Of a DNA stretch of 64,000 nt, positions 29,131 through 41,905 are shown one piece after another. A program made the position numbers and the translations under genes. Origin of the DNA: Octopus vulgaris (taxonomy: Eukaryota); contig OX597814.1 in NCBI GenBank assembly GCA_951406725.2, positions 78,120,001-78,184,000 of the forward strand, written 5' to 3'. How positions within the stretch are numbered: the stretch's first letter is position 1; each line of letters opens with the position of its first letter. A model generated the notes under the pieces. The model saw only the letters and a list, made by a program, of their open reading frames with translations, did no database searches and was not told the origin of the DNA.

Positions 29131-30412
29131 GACTCGTTGGTCTAGTAGGGCCTGAAAGGCCATAGGGACTGCTACTTCCTCCTGACATAGTTAGTAAAAG
29201 AATAGAAAACACATCGTCTCATTCACTTAGACAAGCTTTCTGTTGCATAATGTGTAACACAATAATCTGGGGATGGGTCACGATGAAAATGCTAGAAATA
29301 GAGGCCAAATATCCCTCAAAAAAGAATGCTCAATCCAAATATGGAATTGCCTAGAGGAACATCTTTGATCACAGATCTGGTCTGCTCCATCGGTGTTGAC
29401 TTGGTTTTAAGCAACATCAATAACAAAATGAGAACGTTATAGTAAAATTTATAAAGTGTTATTGATAATTAATAAGACAAACAGGAAATGCACTATTCGA
29501 TTATTTTCATTCATATATGTTGTTGTTTTGCCCCCATCGGCCGAGCTATCTTCATCGGGTCGGACTATGATTAGAGGCGTCTTAGCTAAAACCAACCAGG
29601 CAGCGAGCCGGCAAAATCTTCAGTTCAAATGCTGTCGAGGTAGACTTTGCCTTTCATCGTCTCGGGATCGATAAAATAAGTACCAGACGTGTACTGAGAT
29701 CAATACAATGGACTCGATACAATCCTTCATAATTACTGGCCGTGTGCCAAAATTAAAAATCCTTATTATGTATACAACAGCATTTTCCAAAGTGACTTAC
29801 TGTTTTTAGAAACATTTTTATTATTCTTTTAGAAGTTGACAACAGATGACGTTTAATTTGCTATCACTACATGGACGCAGCACAGCCAAATGGTTTAGCA
29901 GTCCGCTTCACAATCACAAGAACTTCTACGCAGCTGCATCCAAATTTCTTTCAAGAGATATCTACTATTCTTTATTTTAAAAAGGCGGGGGACACGGAAT
30001 GTAGTTCTTGATAACTATGGGACTAAATATAACAACAGCAACGAAAATAACAAAAATGTTTGATTGTGTTTCTGGGCAGAAAAGTTGTTTCTACATTGCC
30101 TCACACTATTTCGCTGAAGCAGGATAGATGTTAGATTTACTGATCTTACTGAAAAAAATAAGGTTTGACACGAAACACAAGACAACACATAGAACTTCAC
30201 ACGCTACCGACTGAAAAATGACATTATATAACGTAGTTCTACACATTCCAAATTAGATGGGATGGCCCGACATTTTCTCCGTTTATCATATGGTTGTTCG
30301 ATCTGGATTGATCTGATTCTAGATAGCACCAAAATTCACTGCAGAATGAGGCTAGTGGTAGATTTAATCCGATTTATTTAACACCATCACTTGATCTTAG
30401 GAAAATATTCAC

Positions 30413-30517
30413 TTTGTAAGCATTCGAGTCGATTCTCGTGTCTGAAGATGATTTCGTCCCTTCCTCTAACCAGTCTGGAAGATACTGAGTAAAGATGTAA
30501 GCACTACCCTTCCATTT
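30413..30517 (-). CDS. Integrin alpha-like exon: KWKGSAYIFTQYLPDWLEEGTKSSSDTRIDSNAYK
   Basis: Long polypyrimidine tract upstream. The WxG...Y(L/K)G pattern leads into the GYAV exon. The donor GTGAAT gives phase 0, but the next exon needs phase 1. Confidence 0.65.
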
Positions 30518-30849
30518 CTGACTATACCATGTAAAAAAAAAAGGAAGAAAAAAGAAAAGAAACAACGGCTCAAAAAAAAAAGTGAAAGAGAAACAATGAC
30601 TTTATATCTGAAGATTAGTTCAGAATAGATTTGATACTAAGGTGAATAAACGACGTTGAAAAAGTTATTGTGTAGGTTTAACGACTGTGATAGCGTGTTT
30701 GAAAAGTAGCTTTTTATAAAGCAAGACAAAAAGATCTTGTAACTTACAAGATAGAGCGATAGAGAAGGATAATAAAAGTAAATGAACTGACAGTAAAATA
30801 AATAAATAAATAAATAAATAGAATTATTGAACGATAGTAGCTGCACGGA

Positions 30850-31030
30850 GAAAGAAATACATTTATCAGACGAAAGACATTTGCGAATGAAATACACTTA
30901 CGAATGAAATTTACTTAGTGGACAATATATACTTAGGGAATGAAATACTCTTACTGGAGAAAATGCACCTACGAATGAAACGTTTTTACTGGACAAAATA
31001 CATTTACTAGACAAAATATTGAATGAAATT
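30850..31030. repeat. Decayed minisatellite, unit about 17-18 bp
   Basis: Recurring GAATGAAATACACTTAC and TGGACAAAATACATTTAC variants. Confidence 0.6.
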
Positions 31031-32270
31031 TTAATGCCTTTCTCTGGAGGAAGAGGTTACACCAGTAATTTTTGCAAACTTTCCTAGATAAGCGACGTCG
31101 GTGCTTTTGATATTTATCTTGAAAAGCGACCGCATGGCAAAGAGGGGATACGTTCTAGAGAGGGTGGACTACAAACGGTGGTTAGTGCAGGCCTGATAAC
31201 TACCATCAAGGTAGTAATTATCTTAAAATAATTATTTTGTGCTTTCAAAACGTGTCATGACATGCAATAGAAGCCATCTTAATACTGTTGGATATACACC
31301 TGTTCAAACAATAATAGGTCTTATATAAAAGTAAGAAATCAATAATTACTAATGCCGGACTTAATGGGATGCGATGGGAGGTTGCAAAAGAGAACGGGAG
31401 AAGTAGATGGAAGGAAGAAAAGACTAACTATGCGCTTCCCTGCATATAATTTATTTGCAATTATCTGAACTTGGTATATCTGGGAACAAAATAAATTTAC
31501 CAGGAAAAGAACACACCAGTACATTAGTGACGTTAAACTGTTAGCATTCTTTGACCCTTGGACCGATTATCGATGATATTTAATTAAGAGAAAGCCATTC
31601 CGCTTTTGTTCAGGAGTAGTGTACAGATGAATACTTTACCCAATGAGCCATTTCCGTTTTATAAGAGTGTTTGAGTGTGGATTGACGGATATTCCTAGCG
31701 GTTTGGGTGATTGAATAAAGTCTAACTTATAGCCGTTGCTTTTGCCTAGACCCATATTATATAAGCTTAAGTAAACCTATGAGACAATATGTTCCAGTCA
31801 TGACCATCCCATCATTTACTTAGGAAAAAATTATACCACGAAATCTACTTCAGGCATCAATTTTAAGACGGTTGAATGGAATCTAAAGGAGAGTTTCATG
31901 ATAAATCTAAGGAGTACGAGCATGTAAATGCTCCCTTGTTCATCTCGTGCGGGTAAATCTTTCGCATTTTACTCAGAACAAAAAGTGTTTTATTGCAGTA
32001 ACCAAAAGAATTTGATCAGTCAGTGAGTAATGTACCCACTGAAAGGGATAAAAATCATACGAGTAAATACTTTTTTAACATCTACACGTTATATAGGTCA
32101 ATATTAAACGGACATTTACCTGCATATGTGTGATTAAGAGGTGTGGTTAAGCCCTGTACTGGCTGGGCAGGCTGTTGCGAATTTTTGAAGATGTAACCAC
32201 CACGGGCTGAAAGAAGAGTTGAATATATGTATATATATATATATGTGTTTGTGTGTATATATGTATGTAT

Positions 32271-32316
<46 letters not shown>

Positions 32317-32546
32317 CAAAACAGTTTGATCCAAACTCCTTGGTACTGTGAGTTTCAAGCATGTCGTTAGTCTTCGCCCATCGGAGATTCAGATTCCGAT
32401 GACCGAAGACTAGCGACACGCTTGAAACTCAGAGTACTAAAGAGATTGAATCAAACATTTGATCCATACATGTAACTCCCAATAAGTGTACTGAATTCCC
32501 TTCTTTCGTTTGTCTACTCACTTGTATATACATATATATATATATA

Positions 32547-33064
32547 TATTTTGATGGTGTTTATTTTTTCTCCATTCCCATTCATGCATGCATACACACA
32601 CACATACATACATACATGCGTGCATACATGCATACACACATGCATGCATACATACATGTGCACATACATGTGCACATACATGCATGCATACATACATGCG
32701 TACATACATATACATACATATGCGTATATGTATATCTGTAGCTACTTATTAACATGTGTGTGATTGTGTGTTTATATATATATATATAAACACACAATGT
32801 ATGCATGCATGTATGTATGTGCACATGTATGTATGCATGCATGTGTATATGCATGTATGCACGCATATATATGTATGCATGTATGCACGCATGTATGTAT
32901 GTATGTACGCATGCACGCATGTATGTATGCACGCATGTATGTATGTATGTATGTATGTATGTATGTATGTATGTATGTATGTATGTATGTATGTATGTAT
33001 GTATGTATGTATGTATGTATGCATGCATGAATGGGAATGGTGAAAAAATAAACAGCATCAAAAT
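32547..33064. repeat. Inverted duplication with (CATA)n/(TATG)n inner arms
   Basis: TATTTTGATGGTGTTTATTTTTTCTCCATTCCCATTCATGCATG at 32547 mirrors CATGCATGAATGGGAATGGTGAAAAAATAAACAGCATCAAAATA ending at 33064. Confidence 0.85.
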
Positions 33065-33260
33065 AGCAAGAGAAAGCGACCATTGAAATAAACAGGCATA
33101 GAAAACTCCATAAAATCAACAACAAAAAAATAACATTTGAAATTAACCCAGAGAAACAAGAGGTATAAACGCTGATTTATATAACAGAAAAGAAACGCCG
33201 AGTAACAGTAATTTTCTCCTAAAGACCACTGTAGCATGAAACTAGTCAATGAAAGATTCA

Positions 33261-33289
<29 letters not shown>

Positions 33290-33293
<4 letters not shown>

Positions 33294-33680
33294 CGTGGCT
33301 GTGTAGTAAGGAAGCTACTTCTTAACCACATGGTTCTGGATTCAGTCGCATTGCGTGACACCTTGGGCAAATGTCTTTTATCATAACCTCAGGACAACCA
33401 AAGCTTTGTGAGGGGATTTCGCAGACGGAAACTGAAAGAAGCCCGTCATATATGTATATATCTATGTGTGTGTTTCTTTGTGTCTGTGTTTGTCCCCACC
33501 ACCACTTGACAGCTGCTGTTGATGTGCTTCTGTCCCTGTAACATATCGGTTCGGCCAAAGAGACCGATAGAGTACTAGACTTTAAAAAATAAGCCCTATG
33601 GTCGATTTGTTCGACTGACTCCCATCAAGGCGGTGCCTCAGCATCGCCGCAGTCAAATGACTGAAACAAGTAAATAATAA
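33290..33680 (+). mobile_element. tRNA-derived SINE (family also at 47946-48330 and 52787-53160)
   Basis: GGCGTGGCTGTGTAGTAAG head, GACGGAAACTGAAAGAAGCCCGTC body, GGCGGTGCCTCAGCATCGCCGCAGTCAAATGACTGAAAC tail. Confidence 0.85.
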
Positions 33681-34122
33681 AAGGTGTGTGTGTGTGTGTG
33701 TGTGCGTGTCTGTGTAGCTGCATTATTGAGTCGTTTTTTCTGGGTGGCTGAATGTATGCATGTTTGTTCGATCAAGACTGACTTGGGGCTAAATAACAAC
33801 AACATCAACAATAAAAAATGGAAATTTCTTGAAGTAATTTTTAGAGACGAAAAAAGTTGCTTCACCTTGTGAACCGTGCGTTGGAGTTCCAATGATAATA
33901 GAATTGGCATCCTGTAAATAAATAATAAGCGATTTAAAAAATTCTGAACACACACACACACACGCGCAAATAGACAGTCTGTTTTTTCTTTTATAAATTC
34001 CTTGAATTCTTTTTGTAAAGAATGAGCTAGTTTCTAATTAAGAAACACAATTACATCATTGTCATATAGTGAGTAATAACAGTTCTGAATTTTAAGAAAA
34101 GTCTTTCTTATGTTCACTGTTC

Positions 34123-34170
<48 letters not shown>

Positions 34171-34306
34171 CGTATGTATGTATGTATGTACGTATGTATG
34201 TACGTACGTACGTATGTATGTACGTACGCATGTATGTATGTCCCGCATTATGACGACGTATTCCGTCGTCTGCGTGACTGGCCCGAACAGCGTGCCTCGT
34301 GGACTG

Positions 34307-36040
34307 TATTTCTTTATCTGGCACATAGGCCATGATACAGAGGGGGGCGCCACACCACATTTGGACAAAAAAATATAAAACGAATGAATGAGAGATGGAT
34401 AATAATAATTAACAAGGATGTAATGGTTGCTTGAACCCCACTCTCAAGCAGTACCTTTTAACTGTTTCAATAAAAAGCTTTTATATCATTTTTTATTTTT
34501 TTTTTGTTTTAGCATCGTATGTGTAGTCAATTTTAACAAATTCTTAAAAGCTTACTCACGCCTTACAAGTTCGTGTATGGTTTCTACATAATCCACAACA
34601 GACGGTAGGTGATCGAACTCAACCTCCACTCCCAATGGGTCTACGTTGGTTCCAAACCATTCTTTTAATTTTCCATACCTCTCTAGGTCAGTTAATATGC
34701 CTTTTGTATTTTCTATGTAAAACTCCGCTGGTAATTTTTCTCTAATTACCGATTTGAATTTGGTAATTTTTCTTTTTATCGTCGTACTTTTGTATATGTT
34801 ACCATATACCATTTATTTTTCCTGGACTTTTTAACTGTTTCTGCGGTGAACTTGTGTTGTCTGGGTAGGTTTCCGTTTTCTTTCCTTTTGTTGGTGATAC
34901 TGGTGGAGATGTGTACCGCATAAGCTCCGCAATGTCCATTTCACCTTTTTTCTTTATTGGACTCTTCGGAGGTGAGTTCACAAATTATTTCCTTTTTCTC
35001 CTGTTCACCCCCGTAAATGCTTCCTCCGCTTTCTCCGTACATTTCTCGCTTGCTAGGGCCGCCACTTCGGCACTCTGCCCCTTTTGGCTTTCCTAATTTT
35101 TACTCTGTCTCTGGGGGCACTTTATTCTCATGTCTCCATTCTCTCTGCATTGAGAGTAGGTTGGTGGTCTTCCTACCACCACCACTCTCAACCTTATATC
35201 CTCCAGTAGAATCACCTCTTCAGCGATTTCGTTCAAATCTTTTTGTCCAACCTGAATGACCATTTCTAGGCCATATCCCCATCAATTTACTTTCTTAGTC
35301 CTTGTCACCTTTAAAATTTTGGCGTCCTCCTCAGTTTTACGCATTACGGCTGTCACCAGCCAAGCTTCTTTGATTTCCGGGGTTACCCTGCCTATTCTAA
35401 CTCTGGCGACTCTTTTGCCGCAGCAGGTTGGCAGGAGTACACATTCTTTCGTCCTGAGCGTCACAAGTGAGTGATTTATTGCCTCCTGTTCGTTTTCAAA
35501 CCTCACCTGTGCCATATTTCAAACTACTGTGCCGTATTTTCTGTCTCTTGCGTAGAATGTTGTTAGGTTCTTTATCTCCTTAAGATATTCTTCTATCGCT
35601 TCTACCGTGGCTATTTCTATTTTCTTGGTCGTTGTAGACAGTGTTCTGTAAATCACTGTTCCTTTCTTTGTACTGGTTGTCACTGTTATACTCCTTCAGT
35701 TTCTTCCGCTCAATTTTGATTTCTCGTACTTCTTGCGTATCTGTAGTTGTACCTTTTCCAGCCGCTGAAGCATAACTCCCGGCATGTGCTGGAACTGGTT
35801 CGCAATCCATTTCTCTTTTTTTTTTTGTCACTTCGCCCCAAAATGGGGGCGAAGACAAACACAAAAAATTACAAGCCCGCATTCAAAAACAGTAACGGTA
35901 TTTAACAAACTCAACGATTTAAATCATGGGTTCACCCTCGCAGGAAACCCTTCAACAAGTATATAACAAAGCACAATACGACTTACGTCAATCGGAATCA
36001 AAAATGATTTAACACCAACAAAACTAACTCGCTGAATGAC
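34307..36040 (-). mobile_element. ORF1-only L1/Tx1-like element, unit A (degenerate)
   Basis: Fragments SYASAAG, VRFENEQEA, LLPTCCGKRVARVRIGRV and a frameshifted knuckle. Starts GTCATTCAGCGAGTTAG, ends ATAAAGAAATA. No RT or EN seen. Confidence 0.7.
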
Positions 36041-37696
36041 TGATTTTTTATTACCCACGAGGGGCTACACAGAATTGGACAGTACAAACATTGGGGACAC
36101 AAAACATCACAATTACATAAATATGGGTAAAATGAATTAATGAAAATGATATATGAAAGTGGTGCTAACGGCCCCATCCGCTAGCATCACTTACCTGTCC
36201 TTCAGTCTTGCTCAGTCTCAATATAATATGTCTTCATCTCTATCCTTCTCTCAAATCTCTCTTCCAATTCCTTCACCGTCTCTTCATCCATATCGACTTC
36301 AATTATTCTCCAGTCCATCCTTTCGCACCTTTCCATAAACTCATCCACTTGTTCCTTTGGAATTACTGCACATCTTTTCCCTCCCCTATCACACCATTGG
36401 TAGTCCGTCATTGTCTTTTTTATCTCCTCATTTCCTGCAATACATAAAATGTTGGGCCTGGGTTCTTTTTTAGTTTCTTGACTGTGTGTATCTTTTTTCT
36501 GTTTTCTTGTTGGTGGGGAGCGGGTGGGTTCACTGTCTGCAGGGGAAGGGTGGGACTCAGAGGGTGCGGGTGGTGTTGGGGTGGATTGGGGTTCCGTACT
36601 GTTTGCTTTTCTCCTTCTTTCTTTTTTTCCTTCCTTCTTCCCACTCTTGCTGGATCTCTTCTTCTGTCGTTTCCTTTTCTGTTTGGTTCTCTTCTTCTTT
36701 AGTTTCTTCCGCTTTTGGGAGTTCCTTAACGATTTCCTTTTCCTTTGATGGGGGAGGGCAGTTGGCTCTTATGTGGCCTCTCTGGCCACACTTATAACAG
36801 CGTGAGGCTCTGCCCTCCACCCACACTCTCATGATGATGTTTCCCATTCTTATATTTTCTGTTAACTTTTCCAGCGTTTCAGTCTCTGCCTGTACGTTCA
36901 TGTCCAGGGTAGCACCCCTCCAGCCTTCATATTTTATGGTGGCTTGGAGGATGTCCACCTTTTCTTCATTCCCTTTAATCACAGCTGCTGCTATATATTC
37001 GCCCTCTAGGAGTGGGGGTATTCCCTCCACCCTGATTCTCGTGGTTTTCCTGTTTAGGTACGAAGGTAGTAGGTATACCTTCTCCGTTTTTACTGCCTTG
37101 GCTGCCATTTTTCTTGCGACGCTCTCGCTCCTATATTGAACCGTCACTGTACCGTATTCCATTCCTCTTGTCAAATAAACAATTTCCTCCTCTGTCTGTT
37201 TTAGCGCCTCTTCAATAATTTCCATGCTTACTATTTCAATTCTTTTCCTTCCATTTGCGTACACTCTATATTTGACGGTCCTGCGATCGAACCACTCACC
37301 ACGCTTTGTTGGAGGTGACAGTTCGACTTCACAGTTCGAATTCCTGGAAGCCTGGCAGTTTAACCAGGTTTACCTCTTTTTCTTCCGACTTCTTCTTCGT
37401 TACTCCTGCATACGTATTTCCAAGCTTCTTGTCCATTCTTTTCACTGCTCTTTCTAGTTCCTCCTCAGACGTCGACAATTGCGACAAACTTTCAAACAAA
37501 TTTTTCCCGACCATCTCTCCCGTTAGGGAGGGGCTGTCCTTGTCTGTCTCAACCCAGACAGACTAAACCTCGCGCGACCGCACAAAAAAAAACTTTTAAC
37601 AAAACTTACGTGCAACGCAGCAACAAGGAAAAATTGAACTCACGACCTGTCAGTTGGACCGTTATGCGTAGTAACAAAACTAACTCGCTGAATGAC
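36041..37696 (-). mobile_element. ORF1-only L1/Tx1-like element, unit B, intact CCHC zinc knuckle
   Basis: ORF 36557-37264: TRIRVEGIPP...RVWVEGRASRCYKCGQRGHIRANCP then a Glu/Lys-rich tract. TYAGVT upstream. Same 5' motif as unit A; ends AATAAAAAATCA. Confidence 0.8.
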
Positions 37697-38370
37697 CCTA
37701 CTTATTGAGTCTTTTCAAGTAGTGGACCAGCCCACTTCTCACCTGGAGGCGTCCGCTGCAACACCTACCCCTTTGATATTTTTTGTCTTCTTTCAACACA
37801 ACATTATATTTCTTTTTTTCCTTTTTTTTTCTTCTAACCAGAATTATTTTTCCTTTCTTATTTAGATTTCTTCTTGTTCCACACAGAATTATATATTTGT
37901 TTTTTCAAAATACCGCAGGTAGTACCTGTCTACATTGTTTACTGGTAGCGCTACTACATATAGCGACCTGGCTTAAGTCCTTCGAACGGACTTATATTAT
38001 TTTCCCCTGTGTGTAGTTCAGTTCTGTGTTGGAGTTCCACTTTTATCAGACATTTTTTCTTCAGAATCTTTTTTTATGTATATTTTCCGCTGTCTGTACA
38101 TTACTTTCACTGTGTGAAGTTCAATTCTGTGTTAGAGTTCCAGTTTTATCTGTCATTCTTTTCTTCAGAATCTATTTTGTTCATCAGAATCTTTTTTTAT
38201 ATATTTTTCACTGTGTGTATATTACTTTACACTCAGTGAAGTTCAAATCCTACCTCGGGACTTTTAACATTTTTGAGCTCCGAATCCTCATGGTCACTGA
38301 TATGTCCCGCTTTATGACGACGTATTTCGCCGCCTGCGTGACTGTCCCGAACAGCGTACCTCGCTGACTG
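37697..38370 (-). repeat. Non-coding unit D with an internal duplication of about 100 bp
   Basis: Starts CAGTCAGCGAGG. Its first 65 nt or so recur at 34241-34306. Duplicated blocks lie in 38015-38245. Confidence 0.55.
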
Positions 38371-39685
38371 TATTTCTTTATTTGGCACACAGGCCATGAT
38401 ACAGAGGGGGACGGCAGGACAGACAGAACACCACAGTTGGACAAAAAACATAAAATGAATGAATGAGAGATGGATAATAACTAAATGAGAATGTAATGGC
38501 TGTTTGAACCCCACTGTCAAGCAGTACCATTTAACTATTTCAATACAGTTTTTATATCATTTTCCCTTCTTTTTTCCTTTTAGTACCGTACGTATAGTCT
38601 TAAAAAAAAATTTAATAGCTTATTCACGCTTTACCATTTTATATATGGCAACAAGACGTCGTAATCTATAATTGGCGGTAGGTCGTCAAACTCTACCCTC
38701 ACTCCCATTGGGTCCACCTTGTTTCCAACCATTCCTTCAATTTTTCGTATCTCTCCCTGTCTATTACTATGGCTTTTGTACTTTCTGGGTAATGTTCCAT
38801 TGGTAATTTAACTCTTATCACCGATTTAACTATGGTAATTTTCCTTTCTATATCTGTGTTTTTTTTTGTATATGTTGCCATATGCCATTTGTTTTTTCCA
38901 GGTCTTTTAACTGTTCTTCCTGCGGTGGAATTTGGTTGTCTGTTATGGTTTCCTTTTCTTTTTCCTTCGTTGCTGGTGCTGTTGGAGGTTCATGTAGTGA
39001 AAAATGTGTACATTCTATTTCACCATCCTTCTTTTTCTTTCTTGGACACTTCGGAGGTGAATTTACTCGTTCTTTTCTTTTTCTTACCTCCGTAAATGGT
39101 TCTTCCACTTTCGTGCATTTTTCATTTTCAAGATCTGCCACTTCGGTATTCTGCTCTTGTTGGCTTTCCTCGTTTTTATTTTCTCTCTGGGGACACTTTA
39201 TTCTAATATGCCCTTTTCGCCGCATTGATAGTAAGTTGGTGGCCTTCCTTCTACCACCACTTTCAACTTTATGTCCTTCGGTAGCATTATTTCTTCAGCA
39301 ATTCCATTTAGATCTTGTAATCCGAGCTGGATGACCATTTCTAGTCCGTATCCCCTTCAATTTACTTTCTTTGTCACTTTTAGAATTTTGGCGTCTTCCT
39401 CAGTTTTGTGCATTACGGCTGCCACCAGCGACGCTTCTTTGATTTCTGGTGGTACTATACCTATTCTCACTCTGGCGACCCTTTTGCCTCTGTAGGTAGG
39501 TAGGAGTACCGATCTTCAGTGTCACAGTGGAGTGATTTATTGTCTCCTGTTCATTGGCAAACCTCACCTCTACTGTGCTGCATTTTCTGCCTCTTGTATA
39601 GAATGTTGTCAGGTGCTTAATTTCCTTCAGACATTCTTCAATTGCTTCTTCCGTGGCTACCTCTATTTTCTTTGTGGTGGTCAAT
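38371..39685 (-). mobile_element. ORF1-only L1/Tx1-like element, unit C (paralog of A, 5'-truncated)
   Basis: TTTKKIEVATEEAIEECLKEIK, RKGHIRIKCP and NSPPK. Colinear with unit A through the 3' UTR. Confidence 0.75.
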
Positions 39686-39749
39686 AGAGTTGTATGTATG
39701 TATGTATTCTCGTGCGTATAGTTGCATATCTAGACATGCTCATATATAT

Positions 39750-39905
39750 TTAAACGATAAACTTCTGGAAAGTTTTACTGATTTTTACAATTCAAGTGAT
39801 GGATTGGATCTGTAGTCTTCGAATTAGCTTTCTTCTTTCTGGTTTTGAGAAGCCTAAGTTCTCAAGATTAGTAGTTAGGCAGTGTGTTACATATCCCAGG
39901 GTTCC

Positions 39906-39906
<1 letters not shown>
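39750..39906 (-). mobile_element. R4/Dong-like element, extreme 3' fragment
   Basis: GTLGYVTHCLTTNLENLGFSKPERRKLIRRLQIQSIT, similar to the end of the 26705-27495 relic. Confidence 0.6.
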
Positions 39907-39938
<32 letters not shown>

Positions 39939-40472
39939 TGTATGTATGTATGTATGTATGTATGCATGCATGCATGGATACATGCATGCATGTACGCGCT
40001 AATATACGTGTTTCACTTTTGTAAGGAAGGAGCCTACTTGTAACAAAGCTGTCTCGCTAGAATTTGGATAACAAAACCGATAAGTGATGTATGAACATTA
40101 GAAGACAGAATATGTTTGACTTTTGTTTATACTATTTGTCACTAGTTATACCGTCTGGCTAAACTGGATCTTTGGATAAGCTATGCTCATGATAAACAAA
40201 CTCTGGTAATTCCGCGAAGGGTAATTAAAAACAAATTTATTTCTGCCAGAATAAGAAAAATATTGCGAGTGAAAAGTGTCGACTGCCTGGACCAATAATT
40301 GGTTTTCTCGCACAAAACAATTACACTATACTGTATATCGTGTAATTTCAATTTTGCAAAATAATACTCTACTTTCTTTTTTTATACTAAATAACACTAT
40401 GTTGATATCATTTCTTTCTCATCTTAATTATCATAACAATTCAACAACATGTATATGAAAAGATTTGCTTAC

Positions 40473-40628
40473 CTGGGAATAACGAGCAGATATTCCGGCA
40501 GTTGCCTTTTTTCCAGGGTTGGTTATTACAATAATCTTCGTCCCCACTATCTCAAAACAAGATCCGCTCTGTTGAACATACTCTCCATATGAATCAATCT
40601 GCCTTGTAATATTTCTATGACTACATAC
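40473..40628 (-). CDS. Integrin alpha-like exon: VCSHRNITRQIDSYGEYVQQSGSCFEIVGTKIIVITNPGKKATAGISARYSQ
   Basis: 156 nt, open, phase 0-0, acceptor TTTTCTATAAG, donor GTAAGC. VCSHR...GSC...AGIS matches the integrin alpha xCxHR...GxC...xAGxS pattern. Confidence 0.8.
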
Positions 40629-41076
40629 CTTATAGAAAATATAACGGAAATTAACATTAACATGTAGTAAATAAAATTATATAATTTAACATTTCCGGCT
40701 TAATAATCATATCATTGATGTATCTACATCTCAATCAGTATTACATCTTGCATCTGCAAAATTACTTCTCTATGTACAATCTCTCTATGATTTTCTGTGT
40801 TACTTTCTATAACAAAAACTTCATCCTTAAAGCAATGTATAATAATTTTTCACATCACAGTTTCTGTCGTTCCTGACTTCAATTTTTGTTTTCCTTCTAA
40901 TCAAAGCTTTTAGATGTTCTTATAATCAGGTACGAAACAGGTAACTTGTATATAATTAGAGAATAACTGATCATTGAACAAAGCAACACACACAAACACG
41001 ACAATAGTTACTTTATGTAGCAACAACTCATTGTTTAGAGAGAATTTAACATTGTTTCTAATGTAGTTCGCTTCGT

Positions 41077-41295
41077 TAAGGCGGCGAGCTGGCAGAATCG
41101 TATGCACACCGGGCAAAATGTTTAGTGGGATTTCGTCCGTCTTTACGTTCTGAATTCAAATTCCGCCGAGGTCGACTTTGCTTTTCATCCTTCTGGGATC
41201 GATAAAATAAATGTCAGTTGAGCACTAGGGATGATGTAACCGATTTACCCCCTCCCTTGAAGTTGCTGGTCTTGTGCCAAAATTTGAAATCAATA
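41077..41295 (+). mobile_element. tRNA-derived SINE with a Nin-like central domain
   Basis: AAGGCGGCGAGCTGGCAGAATCG...TTCAAATTCCGCCGAGGTCGACTTTGCTTTTCATCC. Many relatives in the window. Confidence 0.8.
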
Positions 41296-41577
41296 TAGTT
41301 GACTTCGTTAAATATAGTAATCTACTGAAATATTTATCTTCATATTATTCATTGCTCGTTTCCTCTAAAGAAAAACTTCTGAAAGGTGGCGCTTTAGTCG
41401 CTGACACTAAATCATCCATCATTACTGTTACGTATTTTATCGAACCCAAAAGGATGAAAGGCAAAGTCAACTTTGATAAGACTTGGTGATAAAATATACA
41501 AAGATATAATTGAATACTGTAAAATATTAAGTTCGGCGCTTTTCTACCTTATTGTCATTGACCAATAGTCAAAGGCA

Positions 41578-41905
41578 TGAAGGCTCATGGCTCAGTGGTT
41601 AGAGTGTCGGGCTCACAATTATGAGGTAGTGAGTTCGATTCCCGGACCGGGTTGTGTGTTGTGTTCTTAAGCAAGACACTTTATTTCACGTTGCTCCAGT
41701 TCCCTCGGCTATAGATATGAGTTGCGACGTCATTGGTATCAAGCTGTATTGGCCTTTGCCTTTCCCTTGGATACATCGACGGTGGTTAGAGGAGAGGCTG
41801 GTATGCATATGCAACTGCTGGTCTTCCTCAAACAACCTTACTCGGACTTGTGCCTCGGAGTGTAACTTTCTAGGTACAAGTCCATGGTCATTCATGACCG
41901 AAGGG
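41578..41905 (+). mobile_element. tRNA-derived SINE
   Basis: TGGCTCAGTGGTTAGAG A box, GAGTTCGATTCCC B box, tail GGTCATTCATGACCGAAG. Confidence 0.85.
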
